Shown piece after piece: positions 1-12,837 of a stretch of DNA of 64,000 bases (within the stretch, counting starts at the first letter, position 1; every line of letters starts with the position of its first letter). Under the pieces are notes generated by a model. The model saw nothing but the letters and a program-made list of their open reading frames with translations, made no database searches and was not told the DNA's origin. The DNA is taken from the NCBI GenBank assembly GCA_040954595.2, contig CM082582.2, positions 12,731,777 to 12,795,776 of the forward strand, written 5' to 3'. The translations under genes and the position numbers were made by a program. The DNA is from Balanoglossus misakiensis. Lineage: Eukaryota; Animalia; Hemichordata.

Positions 1-317
1 TGACCAAATTTTGAAAATTCGCAAAGTCGAAAAATCGTCGATTTTTGAACATTTTCCTGAGCTATAACCCATGGTTTTTTCAAAAAATGACCAAATTTTG
101 AAAATTCGCAAAGTCGAAAAATCGTCGATTTTTGAACATTTTCCTGAGCTATAACCCATGGTTTTTTCAAAAAATGACCAAATTTTGAAAATTCGCAAAG
201 TCGAAAAATCGTCGATTTTTGAACATTTTCCTGAGCTATAACCCATGGTTTTTTCAAAAAATGACCAAATTTTGAAAATTCGCAAAGTCGAAAAATCGTC
301 GATTTTTGAACATTTTC
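1..317 (-). repeat. 87-bp satellite, subfamily B, inverted orientation (~3.6 units, runs off window start)
   Basis: Reverse complement of the monomer that fills 3280-12060 (TGACCAAATTTTGAAAATTCGCAAAGTCGAAAAATCGTCGATTTTTGAACATTTTCCTGAGCTATAACCCATGGTTTTTTCAAAAAA). It ends abruptly at ...GAACATTTTC (317). Confidence 0.95.
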
Positions 318-3280
318 GCGAATTTTCAAAATTTGGTCGATTTTTGAAAAAACCATGGGTTATAGCTCAGGAAAATCGTCAATTTGCGAATTTTCGAAAT
401 TTGGTCGATTTTTGAAAAAAACATGGGTTATAGCTCAGGAAAATCGTCAGAAAATGAGAATTTTTCGACTTTGCGAATTTTCAAAATTTGGTCGATTTTT
501 GAAAAAACCATGGGTTATAGCTCAGGAAAATCGTCAGAAAATGAGAATTTTTCGACTTTGCGAATTTTCAAAATTTGGTCGATTTTTGACAAAAACCATG
601 GGTTATAGCTCAGGAAAATCGTCAGAAAATGAGAATTTTTCGACTTTGCGAATTTTCAAAATTTGGTCGATTTTTGAAAAAACCATGGGTTATAGCTCAG
701 GAAAATCGTCAGAAAATGAGAATTTTTCGACTTTGCGAATTTTCAAAATTTGGTCGATTTTTGAAAAAACCATGGGTTATAGCTCAGGAAAATCGTCAGA
801 AAATGAGAATTTTTCGACTTTGCGAATTTTCAAAATTTGGTCGATTTTTGAAAAAACCATGGGTTATAGCTCAGGAAAATCGTCAGAAAATGAGAATTTT
901 TCGACTTTGCGAATTTTCAAAATTTGGTCGATTTTTGAAAAAACCATGGGTTATAGCTCAGGAAAATCGTCAGAAAATGAGAATTTTTCGACTTTGCGAA
1001 TTTTCAAAATTTGGTCGATTTTTGAAAAAACCATGGGTTATAGCTCAGGAAAATCGTCAGAAAATGAGAATTTTTCGACTTTGCGAATTTTCAAAATTTG
1101 GTCGATTTTTGAAAAAACCATGGGTTATAGCTCAGGAAAATCGTCAGAAAATGAGAATTTTTCGACTTTGCGAATTTTCAAAATTTGGTCGATTTTTGAA
1201 AAAACCATGGGTTATAGCTCAGGAAAATGTTCAAAAATCGACGATTTTTCGACTTTGCGAATTTTCAAAATTTGGTCATTTTTTGAAAAAACCATGGGTT
1301 ATAGCTCAGGAAAATGTTCAAAAATCGACGATTTTTCGACTTTGGGAATTTTCAAAATTTGGTCGATTTTTGAAAAAACCATGGGTTATAGCTCAGGAAA
1401 ATCGTCAGAAAATGAGAATTTTTCGACTTTGCGAATTTTCAAAATTTGGTCGATTTTTGAAAAAACCATGGGTTATAGCTCAGGAAAATCGTCAGAAAAT
1501 GAGAATTTTTCGACTTTGCGAATTTTCAAAATTTGGTCGATTTTTGAAAAAACCATGGGTTATAGCTCAGGAAAATCGTCAGAAAATGAGAATTTTTCGA
1601 CTTTGCGAATTTTCAAAATTTGGTCGATTTTTGAAAAAACCATGGGTTATAGCTCAGGAAAATCGTCAGAAAATGAGAATTTTTCGACTTTGCGAATTTT
1701 CAAAATTTGGTCGATTTTTGAAAAAACCATGGGTTATAGCTCAGGAAAATCGTCAGAAAATGAGAATTTTTCGACTTTGCGAATTTTCAAAATTTGGTCG
1801 ATTTTTGAAAAAACCATGGGTTATAGCTCAGGAAAATCGTCAGAAAATGAGAATTTTTCGACTTTGCGAATTTTCAAAATTTGGTCGATTTTTGAAAAAA
1901 CCATGGGTTATAGCTCAGGAAAATCGTCAGAAAATGAGAATTTTTCGACTTTGCGAATTTTCAAAATTTGGTCGATTTTTGAAAAAACCATGGGTTATAG
2001 CTCAGGAAAATCGTCAGAAAATGAGAATTTTTCGACTTTGCGAATTTTCGAAATTTGGTCGATTTTTGAAAAAACCATGGGTTATAGCTCAGGAAAATCG
2101 TCAGAAAATGAGAATTTTTCGACTTTGCGAATTTTCGAAATTTGGTCGATTTTTGAAAAAACCATGGGTTATAGCTCAGGAAAATCGTCAGAAAATGAGA
2201 ATTTTTCGACTTTGCGAATTTTCAAAATTTGGTCGATTTTTGACAAAAACCATGGGTTATAGCTCAGGAAAATCGTCAGAAAATGAGAATTTTTCGACTT
2301 TGCGAATTTTCAAAATTTGGTCGATTTTTGACAAAAACCATGGGTTATAGCTCAGGAAAATCGTCAGAAAATGAGAATTTTTCGACTTTGCGAATTTTCA
2401 AAATTTGGTCGATTTTTGAAAAAACCATGGGTTATAGCTCAGGAAAATCGTCAGAAAATGAGAATTTTTCGACTTTGCGAATTTTCAAAATTTGGTCGAT
2501 TTTTGAAAAAACCATGGGTTATAGCTCAGGAAAATCGTCAGAAAATGAGAATTTTTCGACTTTGCGAATTTTCAAAATTTGGTCGATTTTTGAAAAAACC
2601 ATGGGTTATAGCTCAGGAAAATCGTCAGAAAATGAGAATTTTTCGACTTTGCGAATTTTCAAAATTTGGTCGATTTTTGAAAAAACCATGGGTTATAGCT
2701 CAGGAAAATCGTCAGAAAATGAGAATTTTTCGACTTTGCGAATTTTCAAAATTTGGTCGATTTTTGAAAAAACCATGGGTTATAGCTCAGGAAAATCGTC
2801 AGAAAATGAGAATTTTTCGACTTTGCGAATTTTCAAAATTTGGTCGATTTTTGAAAAAACCATGGGTTATAGCTCAGGAAAATCGTCAGAAAATGAGAAT
2901 TTTTCGACTTTGCGAATTTTCAAAATTTGGTCGATTTTTGAAAAAACCATGGGTTATAGCTCAGGAAAATCGTCAGAAAATGAGAATTTTTCGACTTTGC
3001 GAATTTTCAAAATTTGGTCGATTTTTGAAAAAAACCATGGGTTATAGCTCAGGAAAATCGTCAGAAAATGAGAATTTTTCGACTTTGCGAATTTTCAAAA
3101 TTTGGTCGATTTTTGAAAAAACCATGGGTTATAGCTCAGGAAAATCGTCAGAAAATGAGAATTTTTCGACTTTGCGAATTTTCAAAATTTGGTCGATTTT
3201 TGAAAAAACCATGGGTTATAGCTCATGAAAATCATCCAAAAATGAGAATTTTTCGACTTTGCGGAATTTCAAAATTTGGT
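318..3280 (+). repeat. 87-bp tandem satellite, subfamily A (~34 units)
   Basis: Head-to-tail monomer AAAAAACCATGGGTTATAGCTCAGGAAAATCGTCAGAAAATGAGAATTTTTCGACTTTGCGAATTTTCAAAATTTGGTCGATTTTTG. The 29-codon periodicity in the ORF track reflects this. Two B-type units are embedded at ~1225-1360. Confidence 0.95.
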
Positions 3281-6200
3281 CATTTTTTGAAAAAACCATG
3301 GGTTATAGCTCAGGAAAATGTTCAAAAATCGACGATTTTTCGACTTTGCGAATTTTCAAAATTTGGTCATTTTTTGAAAAAACCATGGGTTATAGCTCAG
3401 GAAAATGTTCAAAAATCGACGATTTTTCGACTTTGCGAATTTTCAAAATTTGGTCATTTTTTGAAAAAACCATGGGTTATAGCTCAGGAAAATGTTCAAA
3501 AATCGACGATTTTTCGACTTTGCGAATTGTCAAAATTTGGTCATTTTTTGAAAAAACCATGGGTTATAGCTCAGGAAAATGTTCAAAAATCGACGATTTT
3601 TCGACTTTGCGAATTTTCAAAATTTGGTCATTTTTTGAAAAAACCATGGGTTATAGCTCAGGAAAATGTTCAAAAATCGACGATTTTTCGACTTTGCAAA
3701 TTTTCAAAATTTAGTCATTTTTTGAAAAAAACCATGGGTTATAGCTCAGGAAAATGTTCAAAAATCGACAATTTTTCGACTTTGCGAATTTTCAAAATTT
3801 GGTCATTTTTTGAAAAAACCATGGGTTATAGCTCAGGAAAATGTTCAAAAATCGACGATTTTTCGACTTTGCGAATTTTCAAAATTTGGTCATTTTTTGA
3901 AAAAACCATGGGTTATAGCTCAGGAAAATGTTCAAAAATCGACGATTTTTCGACTTTGCGAATTTTCAAAATTTGGTCATTTTTTGAAAAAACCATGGGT
4001 TATAGCTCAGGAAAATGTTCAAAAATCGACGATTTTTCGACTTTGCGAATTTTCAAAATTTGGTCATTTTTTGAAAAAACCATGGGTTATAGCTCAGGAA
4101 AATGTTCAAAAATCGACGATTTTTCGACTTTGCGAATTTTCAAAATTTGGTCATTTTTTGAAAAAACCATGGGTTATAGCTCAGGAAAATGTTCAAAAAT
4201 CGACGATTTTTCGACTTTGCGAATTGTCAAAATTTGGTCATTTTTTGAAAAAACCATGGGTTATAGCTCAGGAAAATGTTCAAAAATCGACGATTTTTCG
4301 ACTTTGCGAATTGTCAAAATTTGGTCATTTTTTGAAAAAACCATGGGTTATAGCTCAGGAAAATGTTCAAAAATCGACGATTTTTCGACTTTGCAAATTT
4401 TCAAAATTTGGTCATTTTTTGAAAAAAACCATGGGTTATAGCTCAGGAAAATGTTCAAAAATCGACAATTTTTCGACTTTGCGAATTTTCAAAATTTGGT
4501 CATTTTTTGAAAAAACCATGGGTTATAGCTCAGGAAAATGTTCAAAAATCGACGATTTTTCGACTTTGCGAATTTTCAAAATTTGGTCATTTTTTGAAAA
4601 AACCATGGGTTATAGCTCAGGAAAATGTTCAAAAATCGACGATTTTTCGACTTTGCGAATTTTCAAAATTTGGTCATTTTTTGAAAAAACCATGGGTTAT
4701 AGCTCAGGAAAATGTTCAAAAATCGACGATTTTTCGACTTTGCGAATTTTCAAAATTTGGTCATTTTTTGAAAAAACCATGGGTTATAGCTCAGGAAAAT
4801 GTTCAAAAATCGACGATTTTTCGACTTTGCGAATTTTGAAAATTTGGTCATTTTTTGAAAAAACCATGGGTTATAGCTCAGGAAAATGTTCAAAAATCGA
4901 CGATTTTTCGACTTTGCGAATTTTCAAAATTTGGTCATTTTTTGAAAAAACCATGGGTTATAGCTCAGGAAAATGTTCAAAAATCGACGATTTTTCGACT
5001 TTGCGAATTTTCAAAATTTGGTCATTTTTTGAAAAAACCATGGGTTATAGCTCAGGAAAATGTTCAAAAATCGACGATTTTTCGACTTTGCGAATTTTGA
5101 AAATTTGGTCATTTTTTGAAAAGACCATGGAAATGTTCAAAAATCGACGATTTTTCGACTTTGCGAATTTTCAAAATTTGGTCATTTTTTGAAAAAACCA
5201 TGGGTTATAGCTCAGGAAAATGTTCAAAAATCGACGATTTTTCGACTTTGCGAATTTTCAAAATTTGGTCATTTTTTGAAAAAACCATGGGTTATAGCTC
5301 AGGAAAATGTTCAAAAATCGACGATTTTTCGACTTTGCGAATTTTCAAAATTTGGTCATTTTTTGAAAAAACCATGGGTTATAGCTCAGGAAAATGTTCA
5401 AAAATCGACGATTTTTCGACTTTGCGAATTTTCAAAATTTGGTCATTTTTTGAAAAAACCATGGGTTATAGCTCAGGAAAATGTTCAAAAATCGACGATT
5501 TTTCGACTTTGGGAATTTTGAAAATTTGGTCATTTTTTGAAAAAACCATGGGTTATAGCTCAGGAAAATGTTCAAAAATCGACGATTTTTCGACTTTGGG
5601 AATTTTCAAAATTTGGTCATTTTTTGAAAAAACCATGGGTTATAGCTCAGGAAAATGTTCAAAAATCGACGATTTTTCGACTTTGCGAATTTTCAAAATT
5701 TGGTCATTTTTTGAAAAAACCATGGGTTATAGCTCAGGAAAATGTTCAAAAATCGACGATTTTTCGACTTTGCGAATTTTCAAAATTTGGTCATTTTTTG
5801 AAAAAACCATGGGTTATAGCTCAGGAAAATGTTCAAAAATCGACGATTTTTCGACTTTGCGAATTTTCAAAATTTGGTCATTTTTTGAAAAAAACCATGG
5901 GTTATAGCTCAGGAAAATGTTCAAAAATCGACGATTTTTCGACTTTGCGAATTTTAAAAATTTGGTCATTTTTTGAAAAAACCATGGGTTATAGCTCAGG
6001 AAAATGTTCAAAAATCGACGATTTTTCGACTTTGCGAATTTTGAAAATTTGGTCATTTTTTGAAAAAAACCATGGGTTATAGCTCAGGAAAATGTTCAAA
6101 AATCGACGATTTTTCGACTTTGCGAATTTTCAAAATTTGGTCATTTTTTGAAAAAACCATGGGTTATAGCTCAGGAAAATGTTCAAAAATCGACGATTTT

Positions 6201-9200
6201 TCGACTTTGCGAATTTTCAAAATTTGGTCATTTTTTGAAAAAACCATGGGTTATAGCTCAGGAAAATGTTCAAAAATCGACGATTTTTCGACTTTGCGAA
6301 TTTTCAAAATTTGGTCATTTTTTGAAAAAACCATGGGTTATAGCTCAGGAAAATGTTCAAAAATCGACGATTTTTCGACTTTGCGAATTTTCAAAATTTG
6401 GTCATTTTTTGAAAAAACCATGGGTTATAGCTCAGGAAAATGTTCAAAAATCGACGATTTTTCGACTTTGCGAATTTTCAAAATTTGGTCATTTTTTGAA
6501 AAAACCATGGGTTATAGCTCAGGAAAATGTTCAAAAATCGACGATTTTTCGTCTTTGCGAATTTTCAAAATTTGGTCATTTTTTGAAAAAACCATGGGTT
6601 ATAGCTCAGGAAAATGTTCAAAAATAGACGATTTTTCGACTTTGGGAATTTTGAAAATTTGGTCATTTTTTGAAAAAACCATGGGTTATAGCTCAGGAAA
6701 ATGTTCAAAAATCGAAGATTTTTCGACTTTGGGAATTTTCAAAATTTGGTCATTTTTTGAAAAAACCATGGGTTATAGCTCAGGAAAATGTTCAAAAATC
6801 GACGATTTTTCGACTTTGCGAATTTTCAAAATTTGGTCATTTTTTGAAAAAACCATGGGTTATAGCTCAGGAAAATGTTCAAAAATCGACGATTTTTCGA
6901 CTTTGCGAATTTTCAAAATTTGGTCATTTTTTGAAAAAACCATGGGTTATAGCTCAGGAAAATGTTCAAAAATCGACGATTTTTCGACTTTGCGAATTTT
7001 CAAAATTTGGTCATTTTTTGAAAAAAACCATGGGTTATTATAGCTCAGGAAAATGTTCAAAAATCGACGATTTTTCGACTTTGCGAATTTTCAAAATTTG
7101 GTCATTTTTTGAAAAAACCATGGGTTATAGCTCAGGAAAATGTTCAAAAATCGACGATTTTTCGACTTTGCGAATTTTGAAAATTTGGTCATTTTTTGAA
7201 AAAAACCATGGGTTATAGCTCAGGAAAATGTTCAAAAATCGACGATTTTTCGACTTTGTGAATTTTGAAAATTTGGTCATTTTTTGAAAAAACCATGGGT
7301 TATAGCTCAGGAAAATGTTCAAAAATCGACGATTTTTCGACTTTGCGAATTTTCAAAATTTGGTCATTTTTTGAAAAAACCATGGGTTATAGCTCAGGAA
7401 AATGTTCAAAAATCGACGATTTTTCGACTTTGCGAATTTTCAAAATTTGGTCATTTTTTGAAAAAACCATGGGTTATAGCTCAGGAAAATGTTCAAAAAT
7501 CGACGATTTTTCGACTTTGCGAATTTTCAAAATTTGGTCATTTTTTGAAAAAACCATGGGTTATAGCTCAGGAAAATGTTCAAAAATCGACGATTTTTCG
7601 TCCTTGCGAATTTTCAAAATTTGGTCATTTTTTGAAAAAACCATGGGTTATAGCTCAGGAAAATGTTCAAAAATCGACGATTTTTCGACTTTGCGAATTT
7701 TCAAAATTTGGTCATTTTTTGAAAAAACCATGGGTTATAGCTCAGGAAAATGTTCAAAAATCGACGATTTTTCGACTTTGCGAATTTTCAAAATTTGGTC
7801 ATTTTTTGAAAAAACCATGGGTTATAGCTCAGGAAAATGTTCAAAAATCGACGATTTTTCGACTTTGCGAATTTTCAAAATTTGGTCATTTTTTGAAAAA
7901 ACCATGGGTTATAGCTCAGGAAAATGTTCAAAAATCGACGATTTTTCGACTTTGCGAATTTTCAAAATTTGGTCATTTTTTGAAAAAAACCATGGGTTAT
8001 AGCTCAGGAAAATGTTCAAAAATCGACGATTTTTCGACTTTGCGAATTTTCAAAATTTGGTCATTTTTTGAAAAAACCATGGGTTATAGCTCAGGAAAAT
8101 GTTCAAAAATCGACGATTTTTCGACTTTGCGAATTTTGAAAATTTGGTCATTTTTTGAAAAAACCATGGGTTATAGCTCAGGAAAATGTTCAAAAATCGA
8201 CGATTTTTCGACTTTGCGAATTTTCAAAATTTGGTCATTTTTTGAAAAAAACCATGGGTTATAGCTCAGGAAAATGTTCAAAAATCGACGATTTTTCGAC
8301 TTTGCGAATTTTCAAAATTTGGTCATTTTTTGAAAAAACCATGGGTTATAGCTCAGGAAAATGTTCAAAAATCGACGATTTTTCGACTTTGCGAATTTTG
8401 AAAATTTGGTCATTTTTTGAAAAAACCATGGGTTATAGCTCAGGAAAATGTTCAAAAATCGACGATTTTTCGACTTTGCGAATTTTCAAAATTTGGTCAT
8501 TTTTTGAAAAAAACCATGGGTTATAGCTCAGGAAAATGTTCAAAAATCGACGATTTTTCGACTTTGCGAATTTTGAAAATTTGGTCATTTTTTGAAAAAA
8601 CCATGGGTTATAGCTCAGGAAAATGTTCAAAAATCGACGATTTTTCGACTTTGCGAATTTTCAAAATTTGGTCATTTTTTGAAAAAACCATGGGTTATAG
8701 CTCAGGAAAATGTTCAAAAATCGACGATTTTTCGACTTTGCGAATTTTCAAAATTTGGTCATTTTTTGAAAAAACCATGGGTTATAGCTCAGGAAAATGT
8801 TCAAAAATCGACGATTTTTCGACTTTGCGAATTTTCAAAATTTGGTCATTTTTCGAAAAAACCATGGGTTATAGCTCAGGAAAATGTTCAAAAATCGACG
8901 ATTTTTCGACTTTGCGAATTTTGAAAATTTGGTCATTTTTTGAAAAAACCATGGGTTATAGCTCAGGAAAATGTTCAAAAATCGACGATTTTTCGACTTT
9001 GCGAATTTTGAAAATTTGGTCATTTTTTGAAAAAACCATGGGTTATAGCCCAGGAAAATGTTCAAAAATCGACGATTTTTCGACTTTGCGAATTTTCAAA
9101 ATTTGGTCATTTTTTGAAAAAACCATGGGTTATAGCTCAGGAAAATGTTCAAAAATCGACGATTTTTCGACTTTGCGAATTTTCAAAATTTGGTCATTTT

Positions 9201-12060
9201 TTGAAAAAACCATGGGTTATAGCTCAGGAAAATGTTCAAAAATCGACGATTTTTCGACTTTGCGAATTTTCAAAATTTGGTCATTTTTTGAAAAAACCAT
9301 GGGTTATAGCTCAGGAAAATGTTCAAAAATCGACGATTTTTCGTCCTTGCGAATTTTCAAAATTTGGTCATTTTTTGAAAAAACCATGGGTTATAGCTCA
9401 GGAAAATGTTCAAAAATCGACGATTTTTCGACTTTGCGAATTTTCAAAATTTGGTCATTTTTTGAAAAAACCATGGGTTATAGCTCAGGAAAATGTTCAA
9501 AAATCGACGATTTTTCGACTTTGCGAATTTTCAAAATTTGGTCATTTTTTGAAAAAACCATGGGTTATAGCTCAGGAAAATGTTCAAAAATCGACGATTT
9601 TTCGACTTTGCGAATTTTCAAAATTTGGTCATTTTTTGAAAAAACCATGGGTTATAGCTCAGGAAAATGTTCAAAAATCGACGATTTTTCGACTTTGCGA
9701 ATTTTCAAAATTTGGTCATTTTTTGAAAAAAACCATGGGTTATAGCTCAGGAAAATGTTCAAAAATCGACGATTTTTCGACTTTGCGAATTTTCAAAATT
9801 TGGTCATTTTTTGAAAAAACCATGGGTTATAGCTCAGGAAAATGTTCAAAAATCGACGATTTTTCGACTTTGCGAATTTTGAAAATTTGGTCATTTTTTG
9901 AAAAAACCATGGGTTATAGCTCAGGAAAATGTTCAAAAATCGACGATTTTTCGACTTTGCGAATTTTCAAAATTTGGTCATTTTTTGAAAAAAACCATGG
10001 GTTATAGCTCAGGAAAATGTTCAAAAATCGACGATTTTTCGACTTTGCGAATTTTCAAAATTTGGTCATTTTTTGAAAAAACCATGGGTTATAGCTCAGG
10101 AAAATGTTCAAAAATCGACGATTTTTCGACTTTGCGAATTTTGAAAATTTGGTCATTTTTTGAAAAAACCATGGGTTATAGCTCAGGAAAATGTTCAAAA
10201 ATCGACGATTTTTCGACTTTGCGAATTTTCAAAATTTGGTCATTTTTTGAAAAAAACCATGGGTTATAGCTCAGGAAAATGTTCAAAAATCGACGATTTT
10301 TCGACTTTGTGAATTTTGAAAATTTGGTCATTTTTTGAAAAAACCATGGGTTATAGCTCAGGAAAATGTTCAAAAATCGACGATTTTTCGACTTTGCGAA
10401 TTTTCAAAATTTGGTCATTTTTTGAAAAAACCATGGGTTATAGCTCAGGAAAATGTTCAAAAATCGACGATTTTTCGACTTTGCGAATTTTCAAAATTTG
10501 GTCATTTTTTGAAAAAACCATGGGTTATAGCTCAGGAAAATGTTCAAAAATCGACGATTTTTCGTCCTTGCGAATTTTCAAAATTTGGTCATTTTTTGAA
10601 AAAACCATGGGTTATAGCTCAGGAAAATGTTCAAAAATCGACGATTTTTCGACTTTGCGAATTTTCAAAATTTGGTCATTTTTTTTAAAAACCATGGGTT
10701 ATAGCTCAGGAAAATGTTCAAAAATCGACGATTTTTCGACTTTGCGAATTTTCAAAATTTGGTCATTTTTTGAAAAAACCATGGGTTATAGCTCAGGAAA
10801 ATGTTCAAAAATCGACGATTTTTCGACTTTGCGAATTTTCAAAATTTGGTCATTTTTTGAAAAAACCATGGGTTATAGCTCAGGAAAATGTTCAAAAATC
10901 GACGATTTTTCGACTTTGCGAATTTTCAAAATTTGGTCATTTTTTGAAAAAACCATGGGTTATAGCTCAGGAAAATGTTCAAAAATCGACGATTTTTCGA
11001 CTTTGCGAATTTTCAAAATTTGGTCATTTTTTGAAAAAACCATGGGTTATAGCTCAGGAAAATGTTCAAAAATCGACGATTTTTCGTCTTTGCGAATTTT
11101 CAAAATTTGGTCATTTTTTGAAAAAACCATGGGTTATAGCTCAGGAAAATGTTCAAAAATCGACGATTTTTCGACTTTGGGAATTTTGAAAATTTGGTCA
11201 TTTTTTGAAAAAACCATGGGTTATAGCTCAGGAAAATGTTCAAAAATCGACGATTTTTCGACTTTGGGAATTTTCAAAATTTGGTCATTTTTTGAAAAAA
11301 CCATGGGTTATAGCTCAGGAAAATGTTCAAAAATCGACGATTTTTCGACTTTGCGAATTTTCAAAATTTGGTCATTTTTTGAAAAAACCCTGGGTTATAG
11401 CTCAGGAAAATGTTCAAAAATCGACGATTTTTCGACTTTGCGAATTTTCAAAATTTGGTCATTTTTTGAAAAAACCTTGGGTTATAGCTCAGGAAAATGT
11501 TCAAAAATCGACGATTTTTCGACTTTGCGAATTTTCAAAATTTGGTCATTTTTTGAAAAAACCATGGGTTATAGCTCAGGAAAATGTTCAAAAATCGACG
11601 ATTTTTCGACTTTCCGAATTTTCAAAATTTGGTCATTTTTTGAAAAAACCATGGGTTATAGCTCAGGAAAATGTTCAAAAATCGACGATTTTTCGACTTT
11701 GCGAATTTTCAAAATTTGGTCATTTTTTGAAAAAACCATGGGTTATAGCTCAGGAAAATGTTCAAAAATCGACGATTTTTCGACTTTGCGAATTTTGAAA
11801 ATTTGGTCATTTTTTGAAAAAACCATGGGTTATAGCTCAGGAAAATGTTCAAAAATCGACGATTTTTCGACTTTGCGAATTTTCAAAATTTGGTCATTTT
11901 TTGAAAAAAACATGGGTTATAGCTCAGGAAAATGTTCAAAAATCGACGATTTTTCGACTTTGCGAATTTTCAAAATTTGGTCATTTTTTTAAAAAACCAT
12001 GGGTTATAGCTCAGGAAAATGTTCAAAAATCGACGATTTTTCGACTTTGCGAATTTTCAA
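3281..12060 (+). repeat. 87-bp tandem satellite, subfamily B (~100 units)
   Basis: Monomer AAAAAACCATGGGTTATAGCTCAGGAAAATGTTCAAAAATCGACGATTTTTCGACTTTGCGAATTTTCAAAATTTGGTCATTTTTTG. Near-identical copies with occasional 88-bp (A7) units. Sharp right boundary at ~12060. Confidence 0.95.
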
Positions 12061-12222
12061 ACGACTATGAAAAAGTTGGTCGTTTTGGCCTTTTCATGTC
12101 ATATGCATTGATTATAGGTCATCACTTTCACAGCTGTGAGATCAGATATATGTATTTCCCATAATGTCTGAAACACCTTGTTTTTAAAAAAAACATGTTT
12201 TGGTTTGATTGATAATTACCAG

Positions 12223-12781
12223 GTATGCTGAAGGACCCACGTCTGTTGATGCTCCACCAAAACAGTTGCAAGTACTACAATGATATCGCCTATGATGTAC
12301 AATATGATGGTTTTGCCACAACTGGTGAGGAGGGGCCGCGGATGGCTGGGGTTCTGGGTGACAAGAAAGTGATGGTTATGGCTAACCATGGAATCTTAGT
12401 GGTCGGGAAGAAGGTTGCCCATGCCTTTGATGATATCTACTATTTTGAACGAAGTGCAAAGTTCCAGGTAGCTATTCCCATTGATTTCAATTCCAGAGGT
12501 TTGACTTAGAAATTGTTTTGGACAACTATGTTTTCTAGCAAGTATTCATTGAAATAAAAATCAAAGATTTTAATTTTTCTGTACTGATTTTTGGTGTTTA
12601 TGTTTGTTTGTTTTTGTAGATCTTAGCAATGTCAACAGGAAAGGAGCTACGTCACATTCCAGAAAATGTGGTTGTCGAGTTGAAAGAGGAATGGGATGCA
12701 ACATTTGAACAGTATGCAGAGGATCATTTTGAAAGTATCAAGCGACTGTTAGACATGGAAAAACCTGACTTCAGATCTTAA
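12223..12781 (+). CDS. Class II aldolase/adducin head-domain protein, last two coding exons (12223-12467, 12620-12781); 5' exons not in window
   Basis: AG/GT-bounded exons translate in frame: ..MLKDPRLLMLHQNSCKYYNDIAYD..EEGPRMAGVLGDKKVMVMANHGILVVGKKVAHAFDDIYYFERSAKFQ|ILAMSTGKELRHIP..HFESIKRLLDMEKPDFRS*. The NHG metal-ligand motif and the Y-x-x-E-R-x-x-x-x-Q helix are typical of the family. Confidence 0.85.
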
Positions 12782-12837
12782 AAGAACTGCATGAAAAAAG
12801 AACAAGCAGAGAGAGAGAGAGATATGTATTCTGTAAC

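Noticed and set aside
1-12060. CRISPR-like array
   Set aside because: Units are fully repeated with no unique spacers, there are no cas genes, and the context is eukaryotic.
355-12164. Long ORFs (up to 635 aa) with 29-aa repeats
   Set aside because: By-product of an 87-bp (3n) monomer with no stop in two frames. Frames swap at A-tract indels and there is no sign of coding constraint.
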